NCBI GenBank assembly: GCA_965202985.1
Contig: CBDBCF010000002.1
Span: forward strand, 544,001 to 608,000
Reading direction: 5' to 3'
DNA from: Longimicrobiales bacterium
GTDB lineage: Bacteria > Gemmatimonadota > Gemmatimonadetes > Longimicrobiales > Gaopeijiaceae
DNA: 64,000 nt
Every line of letters begins with the position of its first letter. The stretch's first letter is position 1. The translations under genes and the position numbers were made by a program. The notes under the pieces are model-generated. The model saw nothing but the letters and a program-made list of their open reading frames with translations, was not told where the DNA came from and did not search any database. Positions 9,714-19,599 of the stretch are shown in pieces.

Positions 9714-9959
9714 TCTCCGTCCGGCCGGGGGCGTGCACGGTTCCGACCGGCCTGCGTGTCCGGCCGCTGCGCATCGGCCCAAAGCTACCGACCGCCGTCC
9801 CCAGGCGTCAACCCGCCGGCTCGGCGCTCCATCGACCCTGCGCCGGTCGAGCGGATCCCGCGGCTTTCGTGTTGCGCGGAGGTCGGTTCCTGCCCCACAT
9901 TCTCGGGCCGAACGACGTTGCTTCGCCCTTGTCCACGCCCCCTGCGACCGATACCGCCC

Positions 9960-11588
9960 ATGTCCGGAACGATCCGTGTTCCCGCTCCCGCCAACGAGCC
10001 CGTCCACTCGTACGCGCCCGGCACCGCGCCCCGGTCGGCGCTCAAGTCCGCCCTGTCCCGAATCGCATCCGAGGAGACGGACATCCCGGCGATCATCGGA
10101 GGCAAGGAGGTCCGCACCGGCAGGACGCACTCCGTCTACGCCCCGCACGACCACGGGTTGCGCTTGGGGATCTGGCACGAAGCCGGGGCGGCCGAAGCCA
10201 AGCAGGCGATCGACGGCAGCCGCGACGCGCGGCGGGAGTGGGCGTCGTGGCCCTGGGAGGACCGCGCCGCCGTCTTTCTGAAGGCCGCCGACCTGCTGGC
10301 CGGCTCGTGGCGCCCCGTGCTCAACGCCGCCACGATGCTGGGCCAGAGCAAGACGGCGTTCCAGGCCGAGATCGACGCGGCCTGCGAGCTGGTGGACTTC
10401 TACAGGTGGGGCGCCCACTTCGCCGAGCAGATCTTCGACCATCAGCCCGGCTCGGCGCGGGGGGAGTGGAACCGCTTGGAGTACAGGCCTCTGGAGGGGA
10501 TCGTCTACGCGGTCAGCCCCTTCAACTTCACCGCCATCGGAGGCAACTTGGCCGGCGTGCCCGCCCTCATGGGCTGCGGCGTGTTGTGGAAGCCCTCCAA
10601 GCACGCCGTCCTGTCGGGCTACTACACCTACCGGCTCCTGGAAGAGGCGGGGCTGCCGCCGGGCGTGATCAACTTCGTTCCGGGCGACCCCGCCGAGATC
10701 ACCAAGGCCGTCTTGCGGCACCCCGAGTTCGCGGGGCTCCACTTCACCGGTTCGACCGAGGTCTTCCAGTCGCTGTGGGGCACGGTCGGCCGGAGGATCG
10801 CCTCGTACCGCTCCTATCCGCGGCTCGTCGGCGAGACCGGAGGCAAGGACTTCATCGTGGCCCATGCTTCGGCGGACCCGGACGTGCTCCGAACGGCGAT
10901 CGTGCGCGGCGCCTTCGAGTACCAAGGGCAGAAGTGCTCGGCGGCGTCCCGCGCGTACGTTCCCGAGTCGTTGTGGAAGGTGCTGCGCGACCCCTTGGCC
11001 GACGAGACCAACGGCCTGGCGATGGGCGACCCCCGCGACTTCCGCAACTTCGTCAACGCCGTGATCGACGGAGGCGCCTTTCGCAAGATCACGGGCTACA
11101 TCGAGCGGGTCGGCGAAGGCTCGGGCGCGGACGTCTTGGCCGGCGGCACGTTCTCGGACGCCGACGGCTGGTTCGTGCGCCCGACCGTGGTGCGCGTCGA
11201 CGACCCCGCCCACGAGACGATGTGCGACGAGATCTTCGGCCCCGTGATCGCCGTCTACGTCTACCCCGACAAGGCGTGGAAGGAGACGCTGGACTTGGTG
11301 GACTCCACGTCGCCCTACGCCTTGACCGGCGCCGTGCTGGCCCAGGACCGGAAGGCCGTTCGCCAAGCCCTGGATCGGCTGCGGTACGCCGCCGGCAACT
11401 TCTACGTGAACGACAAGCCCACCGGCGCCGTTGTCGGCCAGCAGCCGTTCGGCGGCAGCCGCGCCTCGGGCACCAACGACAAGGCCGGCTCGATCTTCAA
11501 CATGCTCCGCTGGGTGACGCCCCGGACGATCAAGGAGAACTTCTCGCCGCCGAAGACCTCGTCCTACCCGTTCATGGCGGAGGAGTAG
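9960..11588 (+). CDS. pruA: L-glutamate gamma-semialdehyde (P5C) dehydrogenase
   Basis: NEPVHSYAPG, SPFNFTAIGGNL, FTGST, ETGGKDF, FEYQGQKCSA, NDKPTGAVVGQQPFGGSRASGTNDK. Confidence 0.93.
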   Translation: MSGTIRVPAPANEPVHSYAPGTAPRSALKSALSRIASEETDIPAIIGGKEVRTGRTHSVYAPHDHGLRLGIWHEAGAAEAKQAIDGSRDARREWASWPWEDRAAVFLKAADLLAGSWRPVLNAATMLGQSKTAFQAEIDAACELVDFYRWGAHFAEQIFDHQPGSARGEWNRLEYRPLEGIVYAVSPFNFTAIGGNLAGVPALMGCGVLWKPSKHAVLSGYYTYRLLEEAGLPPGVINFVPGDPAEITKAVLRHPEFAGLHFTGSTEVFQSLWGTVGRRIASYRSYPRLVGETGGKDFIVAHASADPDVLRTAIVRGAFEYQGQKCSAASRAYVPESLWKVLRDPLADETNGLAMGDPRDFRNFVNAVIDGGAFRKITGYIERVGEGSGADVLAGGTFSDADGWFVRPTVVRVDDPAHETMCDEIFGPVIAVYVYPDKAWKETLDLVDSTSPYALTGAVLAQDRKAVRQALDRLRYAAGNFYVNDKPTGAVVGQQPFGGSRASGTNDKAGSIFNMLRWVTPRTIKENFSPPKTSSYPFMAEE

Positions 11589-12757
11589 CGACCCGCAGAC
11601 GCAGCCGCCGCGGCCAGCGCTTGGTCGAAGTCGGCCTTCAAGTCCTCCACGTCTTCCAGGCCGACCGAGATGCGGACGAAGCCGTCGGGGATGCCCAGAC
11701 CGTTCCGCTCGTTCGGGGGGAGGTCCACGTGCGAGGTGTAGCGGGGTTGCGACACCAGCGTCTCCACGCCGCCCAGGGAGGGCGCGGGCACGGCCAGCCG
11801 CAGGGCGGCGCAGAATCGGTCCGCTGCCGGGCCGCCTCCTTCAAGCACGACCGACAGCATGCCGCCGAAGCCGTCCAGCATGGCCGCGGCCCGTTCGTGG
11901 TCGGGGTGTTCGGGCAGGCCCGGGTGGATCGCCTGGGCCACGCCGGGAGCGTCCGAGAACCACTGGGCCAGCGCCAGGGCCGACCGGTTGTGGCGTTCCA
12001 TGCGGGCGGTCAGCGTGCGAAGTCCCCGGTCCAGCAGCCAAGCCGCCTGCGGGTCGATCGAGGGGCCGTAGAGCTTCATCATCTTGGCCACGCCCGCGAC
12101 CAGCTCGCGGCTGCCCGCCACGGCGCCGGCGATCAGGTCCGAGTGGCCGCCCAGGTACTTGGTGGCGGAATGGACGACGGCGTCCACTCCGTGTTCGGCC
12201 GCGCGAAGGTTGGCCGGAGTGGCGAAGGTGACGTCCGCCGCCAGGACGGCGCCGGCGGCGTCGGCGGCCGCGCGGGCCGCGGCCAGGTCGAAGACGCGGA
12301 GGGTGGGGTTCGTGGGCAGCTCCGCGAACACCACCCGCGTGCCGGGGGCGAGCGCGTCACGCCAGGCGGCGGGGTCGGCCGGATCCACGAAGGTGGTGCG
12401 GATGCCGCGTCGGGGAAGCTCGCGCGCGAGCAGGTCGTAGGTGGCGCCGTACAGGTGGCGGCTGGCAACGACGTGGTCGCCGGACTCCGCCAGAGACAAG
12501 ATCGTCATGGCCGTGGCCGCCATGCCGCTGGCCAGTACCAGGGCCGACTCCGTGCCCTCCATGGCGGCGAGCTTTTCGGCAACGGAGATCTGGACCGGGT
12601 TGTTGCCGTAGCGGCTGTAGCGAAGCTCGACGCCGTCCTGGGGGCCGGACCAGCGGAACGTCGCGCTCCGAGCGATCGACGGAACCACCGGGTCGCCCGG
12701 GCGGGCCGCTCCGTGGCCGGCGTGGATCGCGTGCGTGGCCGTTCGCCGCTCGTTCAC
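11564..12757 (-). CDS. PLP-dependent trans-sulfuration enzyme (cystathionine gamma-synthase/methionine gamma-lyase family)
   Basis: YSRYGNNP, SGMAA, HSATKYLGGHSD, SLGGVETL, RISVGLED; GTGA overlap with the upstream gene. Confidence 0.88.
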   Translation of the reverse strand: MNERRTATHAIHAGHGAARPGDPVVPSIARSATFRWSGPQDGVELRYSRYGNNPVQISVAEKLAAMEGTESALVLASGMAATAMTILSLAESGDHVVASRHLYGATYDLLARELPRRGIRTTFVDPADPAAWRDALAPGTRVVFAELPTNPTLRVFDLAAARAAADAAGAVLAADVTFATPANLRAAEHGVDAVVHSATKYLGGHSDLIAGAVAGSRELVAGVAKMMKLYGPSIDPQAAWLLDRGLRTLTARMERHNRSALALAQWFSDAPGVAQAIHPGLPEHPDHERAAAMLDGFGGMLSVVLEGGGPAADRFCAALRLAVPAPSLGGVETLVSQPRYTSHVDLPPNERNGLGIPDGFVRISVGLEDVEDLKADFDQALAAAAASAGRYSSAMNG

Positions 12758-13347
12758 CGACACAGCTTCGTCGCGGCGCTCAGCGCCCAGAACTCTCCGC
12801 CTTCGCCGACGTAGGCCAAGCGCCGGTCCGCCAGACGTTGCAGGGCGCGCGCCTCTTCTCGGTCCAGTCCCGCTCCCGCCCCGGGGTCGATGCAACCGCA
12901 CCGCTCGAGGTTCGCCCAGGCGTCCCCTTCGGCCTGCTCGACATCTCCCAGCAGCTCGAAGCGCCGATCGCCCACGTCGCACGCGGCCGCAAGCCGGTGT
13001 CGGCGCAGCACCTCCTCCACGGCGTGACGGTGAAGGTTCTCCACGGCCCGAAAGAGGAAGAACACGTTCCCGGGCCGATCGGGGCCCAAGTAGCGCAGCA
13101 CCAGCTTCGCGACGACCTCGTCGGCGCAGCTGAAGTCCAAGATGCGAACCCCGCGAAGGTCCAAGAGCGACACCAACGCGGGGCGCGGATCCGCCAGACG
13201 CTCCTCGATGGCTGCCCGCACCGCTCGCCCCGTGGGTCGGGTCACCAAGTCCGGCCGCATCGACGCCACCGCGGCCCGGGCCACTGCGTACACGTCGATG
13301 CTCACCGGGCGGAGCCCGTCGCCCGCGGTGCGGGTGCGTTCGGTCAC
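12754..13347 (-). CDS. STAS-like domain protein with possible C-terminal winged helix
   Basis: LLDLRGVRILDFSCADEVVAKL resembles the STAS phospho-Ser loop; GTGA coupling at both ends. Confidence 0.55.
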   Translation of the reverse strand: MTERTRTAGDGLRPVSIDVYAVARAAVASMRPDLVTRPTGRAVRAAIEERLADPRPALVSLLDLRGVRILDFSCADEVVAKLVLRYLGPDRPGNVFFLFRAVENLHRHAVEEVLRRHRLAAACDVGDRRFELLGDVEQAEGDAWANLERCGCIDPGAGAGLDREEARALQRLADRRLAYVGEGGEFWALSAATKLCR

Positions 13348-14234
13348 GGTTCGGCTCGGTCGGGGATGACGATGTTGACGTGGGCGCCCGGGAAGGGCGT
13401 CAGCCGCTCTTCCATCGGCGGCGTCCGACCCCATTCCGGGGCGTGGGCGATGCGCGCGGTCCCGCTTCGAATGGAAAAAAGGCCTTTCCATCCTTTGACT
13501 CGCTGCCGGATCTGCTGGATCCCCTGACCTCGGCCCGTGTCGGGGAAGCGCGTCTCCCCGTTAAACGCGGCATCGAGCGCGGTTGCGTCGCCCCATCGGT
13601 CGGCGAAGCGGGACGCATGGCGCTCGGCCAGGGAGGCCTGGAAGCCTCGGCCCAAGTCCGAGACCGCGAGCACCACCGCGGCGCGCGGAAGCCCAGGCAT
13701 GCGCTTGTAGGCCTGGGCCGCCACCCAGCCCGACCCCTCTGCGTGCTCGACGATGTTCTGGCAAACCTCGGACAGGATGACCGAGAACCAGAACAGCGCC
13801 GACTTGGGGTAGCGCAACCGTTCGGAGAGAACAATTTCCGCCTGCGACTGGACCTCGTCGACCGCCTTGTGCACGTCCGAGTTGGTGGTGATGGGCGTGA
13901 TCTCCAGCAACGTGTCGGTGGGCCGGCGCGTCCGACGCGGCGACCACGGAAACGGCGAATCGAAGACCTCCGACGCGGCCCGGAAGAAGCCGGCCGCACC
14001 CAGGTAGCTGGTGACCTGCTGGCCCTTCTGGCCCTCGGGCAGGGTCAGCTTGGACGCCACGCCGCTCCGGTCGCGCGCCACCTTGCCGGCGGCCAGGAGC
14101 GCCACCATCCCCGTAGGGTGAACCCACCCCACCCGGCGCGCGTCGAAGAGCAGCGGTTCGCCGGCCGCCACGGCCCGATACAGCACCTCGACGTCGCGGT
14201 AGCCCAGGGACGGCGGCAGCTGCAGTACGCGCAC
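13344..14234 (-). CDS. STAS-like + HATPase_c (RsbW/SpoIIAB-like) ATP-binding protein
   Basis: GHKL motifs: N-box SEVCQNIVEHA, G1 SDLGRG, G2 GRGQGI; N-terminal FDARRVGWVHPTGMVAL. Confidence 0.7.
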   Translation of the reverse strand: MRVLQLPPSLGYRDVEVLYRAVAAGEPLLFDARRVGWVHPTGMVALLAAGKVARDRSGVASKLTLPEGQKGQQVTSYLGAAGFFRAASEVFDSPFPWSPRRTRRPTDTLLEITPITTNSDVHKAVDEVQSQAEIVLSERLRYPKSALFWFSVILSEVCQNIVEHAEGSGWVAAQAYKRMPGLPRAAVVLAVSDLGRGFQASLAERHASRFADRWGDATALDAAFNGETRFPDTGRGQGIQQIRQRVKGWKGLFSIRSGTARIAHAPEWGRTPPMEERLTPFPGAHVNIVIPDRAEP

Positions 14235-14329
14235 GTCAGGCGGCGGACTGCGGAAACGGGGGGACGGCGGTCGTCGGCTTCACTGCCCCTGAAGGTAACG
14301 GCGAAGGCGGCGGGTTCGTCCCCGCCCGA

Positions 14330-16138
14330 TCACGACCGGTCGTCGCCCAGCTGGAGCACGGCCATGAACGCTTCCTGGGGGATCTCGACGGACCCGACCT
14401 GCTTCATGCGCCGCTTCCCTTCCCTTTGGCGCTCCAGAAGCTTCCGCTTTCGGGTAATGTCGCCCCCGTAGCACTTGGCGGTCACGTTCTTGCGCAGCGC
14501 CTTGACGGTCTCTCTTGCGATGACCTGGTTCCCGATCGCGGCCTGGAGCGCCACCTCGAACTGCTGGCGGGGGATCAGCTCCCGCAGCTTGCGCACCAGC
14601 GCCCGTCCGTGGCGGTAGGCGTTGTCGCGGTGCAGGATCACCGAGAACGCGTCCACGGGCTCGCGGTTTACCATGACGTCTAGCTTGACCAAGTCGCCGG
14701 CGCGATACTCTAGGAACTCGTAGTCCAGGGCCGCGTAGCCCCGCGTGCTTCCCTTGAGCCGGTCGTAGAAGTCCAGGACGATCTCGGCCAGCGGCAGCTC
14801 GAACTCCATCTCGACGCGGCGCGGGTCCAGGTAGCTCATGCCCTTGAAGACGCCGCGCCGGTCGTGGCAGAGCCGCTGCACCGCGCCGATGTACTCCGAC
14901 GGCACCACGATGCGGGCGCTCACGACGGGTTCGGCCACGGACGCGATCTGCGCGCGGTCCGGCAAGGTGGTCGGGTTCTCCACGACCTGCTCGGCTCCGT
15001 CCAGCATGGCGACCCGGTACTTCACGTTTGGCACGGTGGAGACCAGCTTGACGCCGAACTCCCGGTCCAGCCGTTCCTGCACGATCTCCAGGTGGAGGAG
15101 CCCCAGGAAGCCGCAACGGAAGCCAAACCCCAGCGCACGCGAGGTCTCGGGTTCGAAGTGGAGGGCGGCGTCGTTGAGCTTCAGGCGGTGAAGGGCGTCG
15201 CGAAGCTCCTCGTAGCCGTCCGAGTCGCTGGGATACAGCCCGGCGAACACCATGGGCCGGGCCTCCTGGTAGCCGGGCAGCAGCTCGGGCGAGGGGTTCC
15301 CCGCATCCAGGATCGTGTCGCCCACGCGGGTGTCGGAGACGGCCTTGATCGCCGCCACCAAGTAGCCGACTTCCCCGGGGCCCAGTCCGTCCGCCGGGAA
15401 GCGCTCCAGGCGCAGGTGACCCACCTCCGTGACTTCGTACTGGGCCTCCACCGCCCCGAAGGCGATCGTCGTGCCGGCCCGCACGACGCCGTCAAAGACG
15501 CGGATCGTGGGCACCGCTCCCAAGTACTGGTCGTAGTGGGAATCGAAGACGAGGGCGCGCAACGGCGCCTCGAGATCGCCCGCGGGCGGGGGCACCCGCT
15601 CCACGACGGCCTTCAGCACGGCGTCGATCCCCACGCCGTCCTTGGCGCTGGCTTCCAGGACCGACCCCGGCTCCACGCCCATGAGCTCGGCCACCTCCGC
15701 GCGCCGGCGCTCCGGCTCCGCCCCGGGCAAGTCGATCTTGTTCAGCACGGGAACGATCTCCAAGCCGGCTTCCAGCGCCAGGAACAGGTTCGACAGCGTC
15801 TGGGCTTGAACGCCCTGGGTCGCGTCCACGACCAGGATCGCCCCCTCGCACGCCGCCAGCGACCGGGAGACTTCGTAGGTGAAGTCCACGTGGCCGGGCG
15901 TGTCGATCAAGTTCAGGTCGTATTCGCGGCCGTCGTCGGCCGAGTACGACATGCGGACGGCGTGCAGCTTGATCGTGATCCCGCGCTCGCGCTCGAGCTC
16001 GTTGGAGTCGAGGACCTGATCCCGCATCTGCCTGCGGTCCACCGCGCCCGTCGCCTCGAGCAGCCGATCGGCAAGCGTGGACTTGCCGTGGTCGATGTGG
16101 GCGATGATGCAGAAGTTGCGAATGCGGTCTGGGCGCAC
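14330..16138 (-). CDS. lepA: Elongation factor 4 (LepA)
   Basis: [54 protein letters not shown]. Confidence 0.98.
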   Translation of the reverse strand: MRPDRIRNFCIIAHIDHGKSTLADRLLEATGAVDRRQMRDQVLDSNELERERGITIKLHAVRMSYSADDGREYDLNLIDTPGHVDFTYEVSRSLAACEGAILVVDATQGVQAQTLSNLFLALEAGLEIVPVLNKIDLPGAEPERRRAEVAELMGVEPGSVLEASAKDGVGIDAVLKAVVERVPPPAGDLEAPLRALVFDSHYDQYLGAVPTIRVFDGVVRAGTTIAFGAVEAQYEVTEVGHLRLERFPADGLGPGEVGYLVAAIKAVSDTRVGDTILDAGNPSPELLPGYQEARPMVFAGLYPSDSDGYEELRDALHRLKLNDAALHFEPETSRALGFGFRCGFLGLLHLEIVQERLDREFGVKLVSTVPNVKYRVAMLDGAEQVVENPTTLPDRAQIASVAEPVVSARIVVPSEYIGAVQRLCHDRRGVFKGMSYLDPRRVEMEFELPLAEIVLDFYDRLKGSTRGYAALDYEFLEYRAGDLVKLDVMVNREPVDAFSVILHRDNAYRHGRALVRKLRELIPRQQFEVALQAAIGNQVIARETVKALRKNVTAKCYGGDITRKRKLLERQREGKRRMKQVGSVEIPQEAFMAVLQLGDDRS

Positions 16139-16288
16139 GGAGCCGATGTCGTTGGTGGCGCGGGAAGGCAGGGCTTGCGCCCGTTGGCATTGTTGACAAG
16201 AATGTACTCTACTCTACCCCAATGCCGGCGACTCTTTCTCCCACCCATCCCGCGAGCGAGAGCCCCGCAGATACTGAGGATGATCCCC

Positions 16289-19200
16289 ATGACAGGTCTC
16301 GCTCTCCCGCCTCGGCTCGCCGCGCTCCTCCGACGGTGCGCCGCGCTCGCCGGACTGACGGCTGCGACGTTCGCCGCCCCCGCTTCCGCCCAGAACGCCA
16401 CCGTCGTGGGCACCGTTTCCAACGCCGCCACCGGCGAGCCGCTGCCGTCCGCGCAGGTGTACGTGCCGGCGCTGGAGATCGGCGTCATCTCCCGAGAGGG
16501 CGGGCGCTTCGTCCTCCCCGGGGTCCCGCCGGGCACGCACGAGCTGCAGGTGGACCTGATCGGCTACGTGAGCGTGGTGCGGACGATCACGCTGGCCGCC
16601 GGCGAGACCGCGACCGTGGACCTGCAGATGCACTCCACGGCCTTGCAGCTGGTGGAGATCGTCGTGACCGGCACCGCGTTCGAGGAGTCGCCCGTGACGC
16701 TGCCGTACTCGGTGTCGGTGGCCGGGCGCCGCACGTTGGCCGAGCAGGGAGCGCCCCAAGCCACGGACTTCTTCAAGAACCTGGGGGCCAGCCACGGGAC
16801 GCTGGGCGAGCGGCAGGGCTGGTACAACACCAAGCAGGCCGGCTCGATGCCCGAGACGGTCGCGAACGTGAACCTGCGTGGGCTGGGCTCTTCTCGCACG
16901 CTGGTGCTCCTCAACGGCCGGCGCCAGACGTACATCCCGGTGCGCCAGTACGGCGGGCGGTTCGTGGACGTGAACGCCTTCCCGTCGGTGGCGATCGACC
17001 GGATCGAGGTGCTCAAGGAGGGCGCGTCCGCCGTCTACGGCTCGGACGCCGTGGCCGGGGTCGCGAACTTCCTGACCCGGAACGACTTCGAGGGCTTCGA
17101 GGTGGAGGCCGCGCACGAGTACTTCGCCGCTTCCGGCAACACCAACGTGGGCGCGATCTGGGGCAGCCCCGTCGGCGAAAGCTCCCACGCCGTCGTGTCG
17201 GCCGAGGCGCTGATCAGCCAAGCGCTGCACGTGCGGGACAGGGACTGGGCGCTTCGGGACTTCATCGCCGGCGCCGGTTCCTGGTCGTACACCGGCAACC
17301 CCGGCGCGTTCATCATTCCGCAGCTGACCGGCGAGGAGTCGAGCGAGGAGTTCTCGGCGGCCCTTGTGGACGCGCACTTCGGCGGCCTCGGCGGCGTCTT
17401 CGTGGACCCGGCGTGCCAGTCGTTCGGCGGCCACCTCGAGAACGAGACCTGCCGCTTCCGCTACCAGCCCTGGGACGACTTGCAGCAGGCGACTCGCCAC
17501 GTGCGGGCGTTCGGCGAACTCAACGGCGACTGGGGCGACGAGGGGACCTATCACGTGGAAGGGCTCTTCGCCGTCGCAACCCAGCCCGAGTGGCTGACCA
17601 CGCCTTCCTATCCGCCGATCTACCAGTACACCGACGCTTGGGCGATCGCCTCCGACCACCCCGGCCGCGTGGACTTCTGCGGCAAGAACAGTGCGCACGC
17701 GGGCTTCTCCTCGCAGTCCGAGTGCCTGGAGAACGACTGGTACTTCTACGGCCGCCTCGTGGGGAACAGCGGCCCCGGCCGCATCTTGTCCCGGCAGTCG
17801 GCCACCCAGCGCCTGGCCGCGTCTATGGAGCGCGTGGTGGGCGAGATGGGCGGCGGAGACCTGACGCTGGACGTGGGCGCAAGCTTCTCGCGCGCCTCCG
17901 GCAACGTGAACATCCCGTCCGAGTACGCCTACCGGAAGTTCCTGGCGTTCCGCGGGTTCGGCGGTCCCAACTGCGGCGTGGACGTCGTGCGCGACCCCAC
18001 CACGCCCTCGGGGATGGCGTTGGGACCCCTCAACGGACAGACCGCCGGGCAGGGCGGCTGCATGTACTACAACCCCTTCAGCAGCGCACTGCAGAACTCG
18101 GAGCAACCCGGCGCAGCCTACGAGAACCAAGCCAACCCGGGCTATATGGCGTCGCTGGCCAACTCGCCCGAGCTGCTGGACTGGATCAACGACGAGGTGG
18201 ACTTGGAGGGCGCCGCCAACCTGCTGGTCGGCGACGTGATGATGAAGGGAACGCTGGCCGAGGACCGGGCGAACTTCGCCGCCGGCTACCAGTTCCGCCG
18301 CTTCGCCGTGACCGGCACGCCCAACACCGCGGGGAACCTGGACGTGAACCCCTGTCCGGTGCTGGGCGACCAGAGCTGCGTGGACAAGGCCGGCTCGTTC
18401 ACCTTCACCAACGGCTTCTACCCCTACGACGCCTCGCAGACGGTTCACCGCTTCTTCGTCGAGGTGCCGATGACGTTCGGCGAGCGGTTCAGCGCCCAGG
18501 CCGCCGCCAACTACGAGTTCCACAGCAGCGCCAGCAGCTTCGACCCCCGGCTGGCCATGCGCCTTCAGGTGGCCGACCCGCTGGCGCTGCGCGTGTCCGT
18601 CCAGACCACCTTCCGCACGCCGTCGGTGGACGACGTGCACCCCCAGCAGAACACGGCCTCGGCGTACGTGTCCCAGGTCGGCACCTACAAGGCCACGGAC
18701 ACCTACGGCAACCCGGACTTGAAGCCGGAGCAGGCGTTCACCTACAACGCCGGGCTCAGCCTTCAACTGTCGCGCATGAGGGCGTCGGTGGACTACTGGA
18801 GCTACGACTTCAGCGACATGATCGAGATCCTTCCCTACGACGGCATCGCCCGCGCGTACGATTCGCCTTCGCGCAGTGTCGTCCAGCACCTGATCACCTG
18901 TCCCGGCAACCGCCGCGACGGCTCCTGCGAGGCCCGCAACATCGAGCGGATCCGGCTCGACATGGCCAACTGGCCGGGCGTCACGACATCGGGCATCGAC
19001 TGGCACGCCAGCACCCGGTTGCCCGCCGGCGAGGGCGTCGTGTCCCTGGGCATGGACGGCACCTACACGCGGAGCTACGACGTGAAGGCGCTGTCCGTGT
19101 CGAGCCCCGACTCTCCCGGCTCGTCGGTCGAGCTGCTGTCCGCCCAGTCGGCCGTGGGCAAGCTCAACTGGGGCAGCCCCGTGGCACCCCCCCTGCCCCG

Positions 19201-19510
19201 CTGGAAGATGCGCTTCTCCCTGGGCGTGCATCAGGGCGACTACAGCCTGGTCAACTACCTCAACAGCGTGTCGTCCTACGAGAACGACGCCTTCGTCGGC
19301 ACCCAGTACGAGCGCGTGGACCGCTGGATGACCTGGGACCTGAGCGTGCTGCGGCGTACCCGAGGCAACTTCGATGTGTCCCTCTCCGCCCTGAACCTCC
19401 TCGACGCCGATCCGCCCTTCGTGGCCTGGGAGCAGAACTACGACGGCTTCACGCACAGCGCCCGCGGCCGGCGGATCAAGATGTCGGTTACGTGGAAGGC
19501 TGGGGGGTAG
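16289..19510 (+). CDS. TonB-dependent outer-membrane receptor with N-terminal carboxypeptidase-regulatory-like domain
   Basis: Signal peptide, EIVVTG TonB box, plug (NLRGLGSSRTLVLLNGRR; IDRIEVLKEGASAVYGSDAVAGVANF), GNPDLKPE, NLLDADPP; SD GAGGA before ATG 16289. Confidence 0.92.
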   Translation: MTGLALPPRLAALLRRCAALAGLTAATFAAPASAQNATVVGTVSNAATGEPLPSAQVYVPALEIGVISREGGRFVLPGVPPGTHELQVDLIGYVSVVRTITLAAGETATVDLQMHSTALQLVEIVVTGTAFEESPVTLPYSVSVAGRRTLAEQGAPQATDFFKNLGASHGTLGERQGWYNTKQAGSMPETVANVNLRGLGSSRTLVLLNGRRQTYIPVRQYGGRFVDVNAFPSVAIDRIEVLKEGASAVYGSDAVAGVANFLTRNDFEGFEVEAAHEYFAASGNTNVGAIWGSPVGESSHAVVSAEALISQALHVRDRDWALRDFIAGAGSWSYTGNPGAFIIPQLTGEESSEEFSAALVDAHFGGLGGVFVDPACQSFGGHLENETCRFRYQPWDDLQQATRHVRAFGELNGDWGDEGTYHVEGLFAVATQPEWLTTPSYPPIYQYTDAWAIASDHPGRVDFCGKNSAHAGFSSQSECLENDWYFYGRLVGNSGPGRILSRQSATQRLAASMERVVGEMGGGDLTLDVGASFSRASGNVNIPSEYAYRKFLAFRGFGGPNCGVDVVRDPTTPSGMALGPLNGQTAGQGGCMYYNPFSSALQNSEQPGAAYENQANPGYMASLANSPELLDWINDEVDLEGAANLLVGDVMMKGTLAEDRANFAAGYQFRRFAVTGTPNTAGNLDVNPCPVLGDQSCVDKAGSFTFTNGFYPYDASQTVHRFFVEVPMTFGERFSAQAAANYEFHSSASSFDPRLAMRLQVADPLALRVSVQTTFRTPSVDDVHPQQNTASAYVSQVGTYKATDTYGNPDLKPEQAFTYNAGLSLQLSRMRASVDYWSYDFSDMIEILPYDGIARAYDSPSRSVVQHLITCPGNRRDGSCEARNIERIRLDMANWPGVTTSGIDWHASTRLPAGEGVVSLGMDGTYTRSYDVKALSVSSPDSPGSSVELLSAQSAVGKLNWGSPVAPPLPRWKMRFSLGVHQGDYSLVNYLNSVSSYENDAFVGTQYERVDRWMTWDLSVLRRTRGNFDVSLSALNLLDADPPFVAWEQNYDGFTHSARGRRIKMSVTWKAGG

Positions 19511-19599
19511 GGGTTGATCGAGGCGGCGTGGCTTTCTGCGGTGCAAACCCAGCGGCAAACCGCGGAGGCCGGCTTCGTCCTTGACGCGAGGAAACGAGG

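Noticed and set aside
8864..12814. 1316-aa ORF and similar long alternative-frame ORFs (16214-19558, 40771-44676, 51970-56100)
   Set aside because: High-GC shadow frames over well-supported genes; low-complexity R/P/G/A translations
16193..16221. Sigma70 promoter (TTGACA at 16193) for the TonB receptor
   Set aside because: Perfect -35 but no convincing -10 at 16-18 nt spacing; plausible but unsupported
14864..16288. Long N-terminal extensions in ORF-track calls (TBDR from 14864; likewise M16 from 51, pruA from 8961, kynA from 34677, MTase from 26130)
   Set aside because: They overlap other real genes; true starts are supported by SD sites, signal peptides or stop/start overlaps
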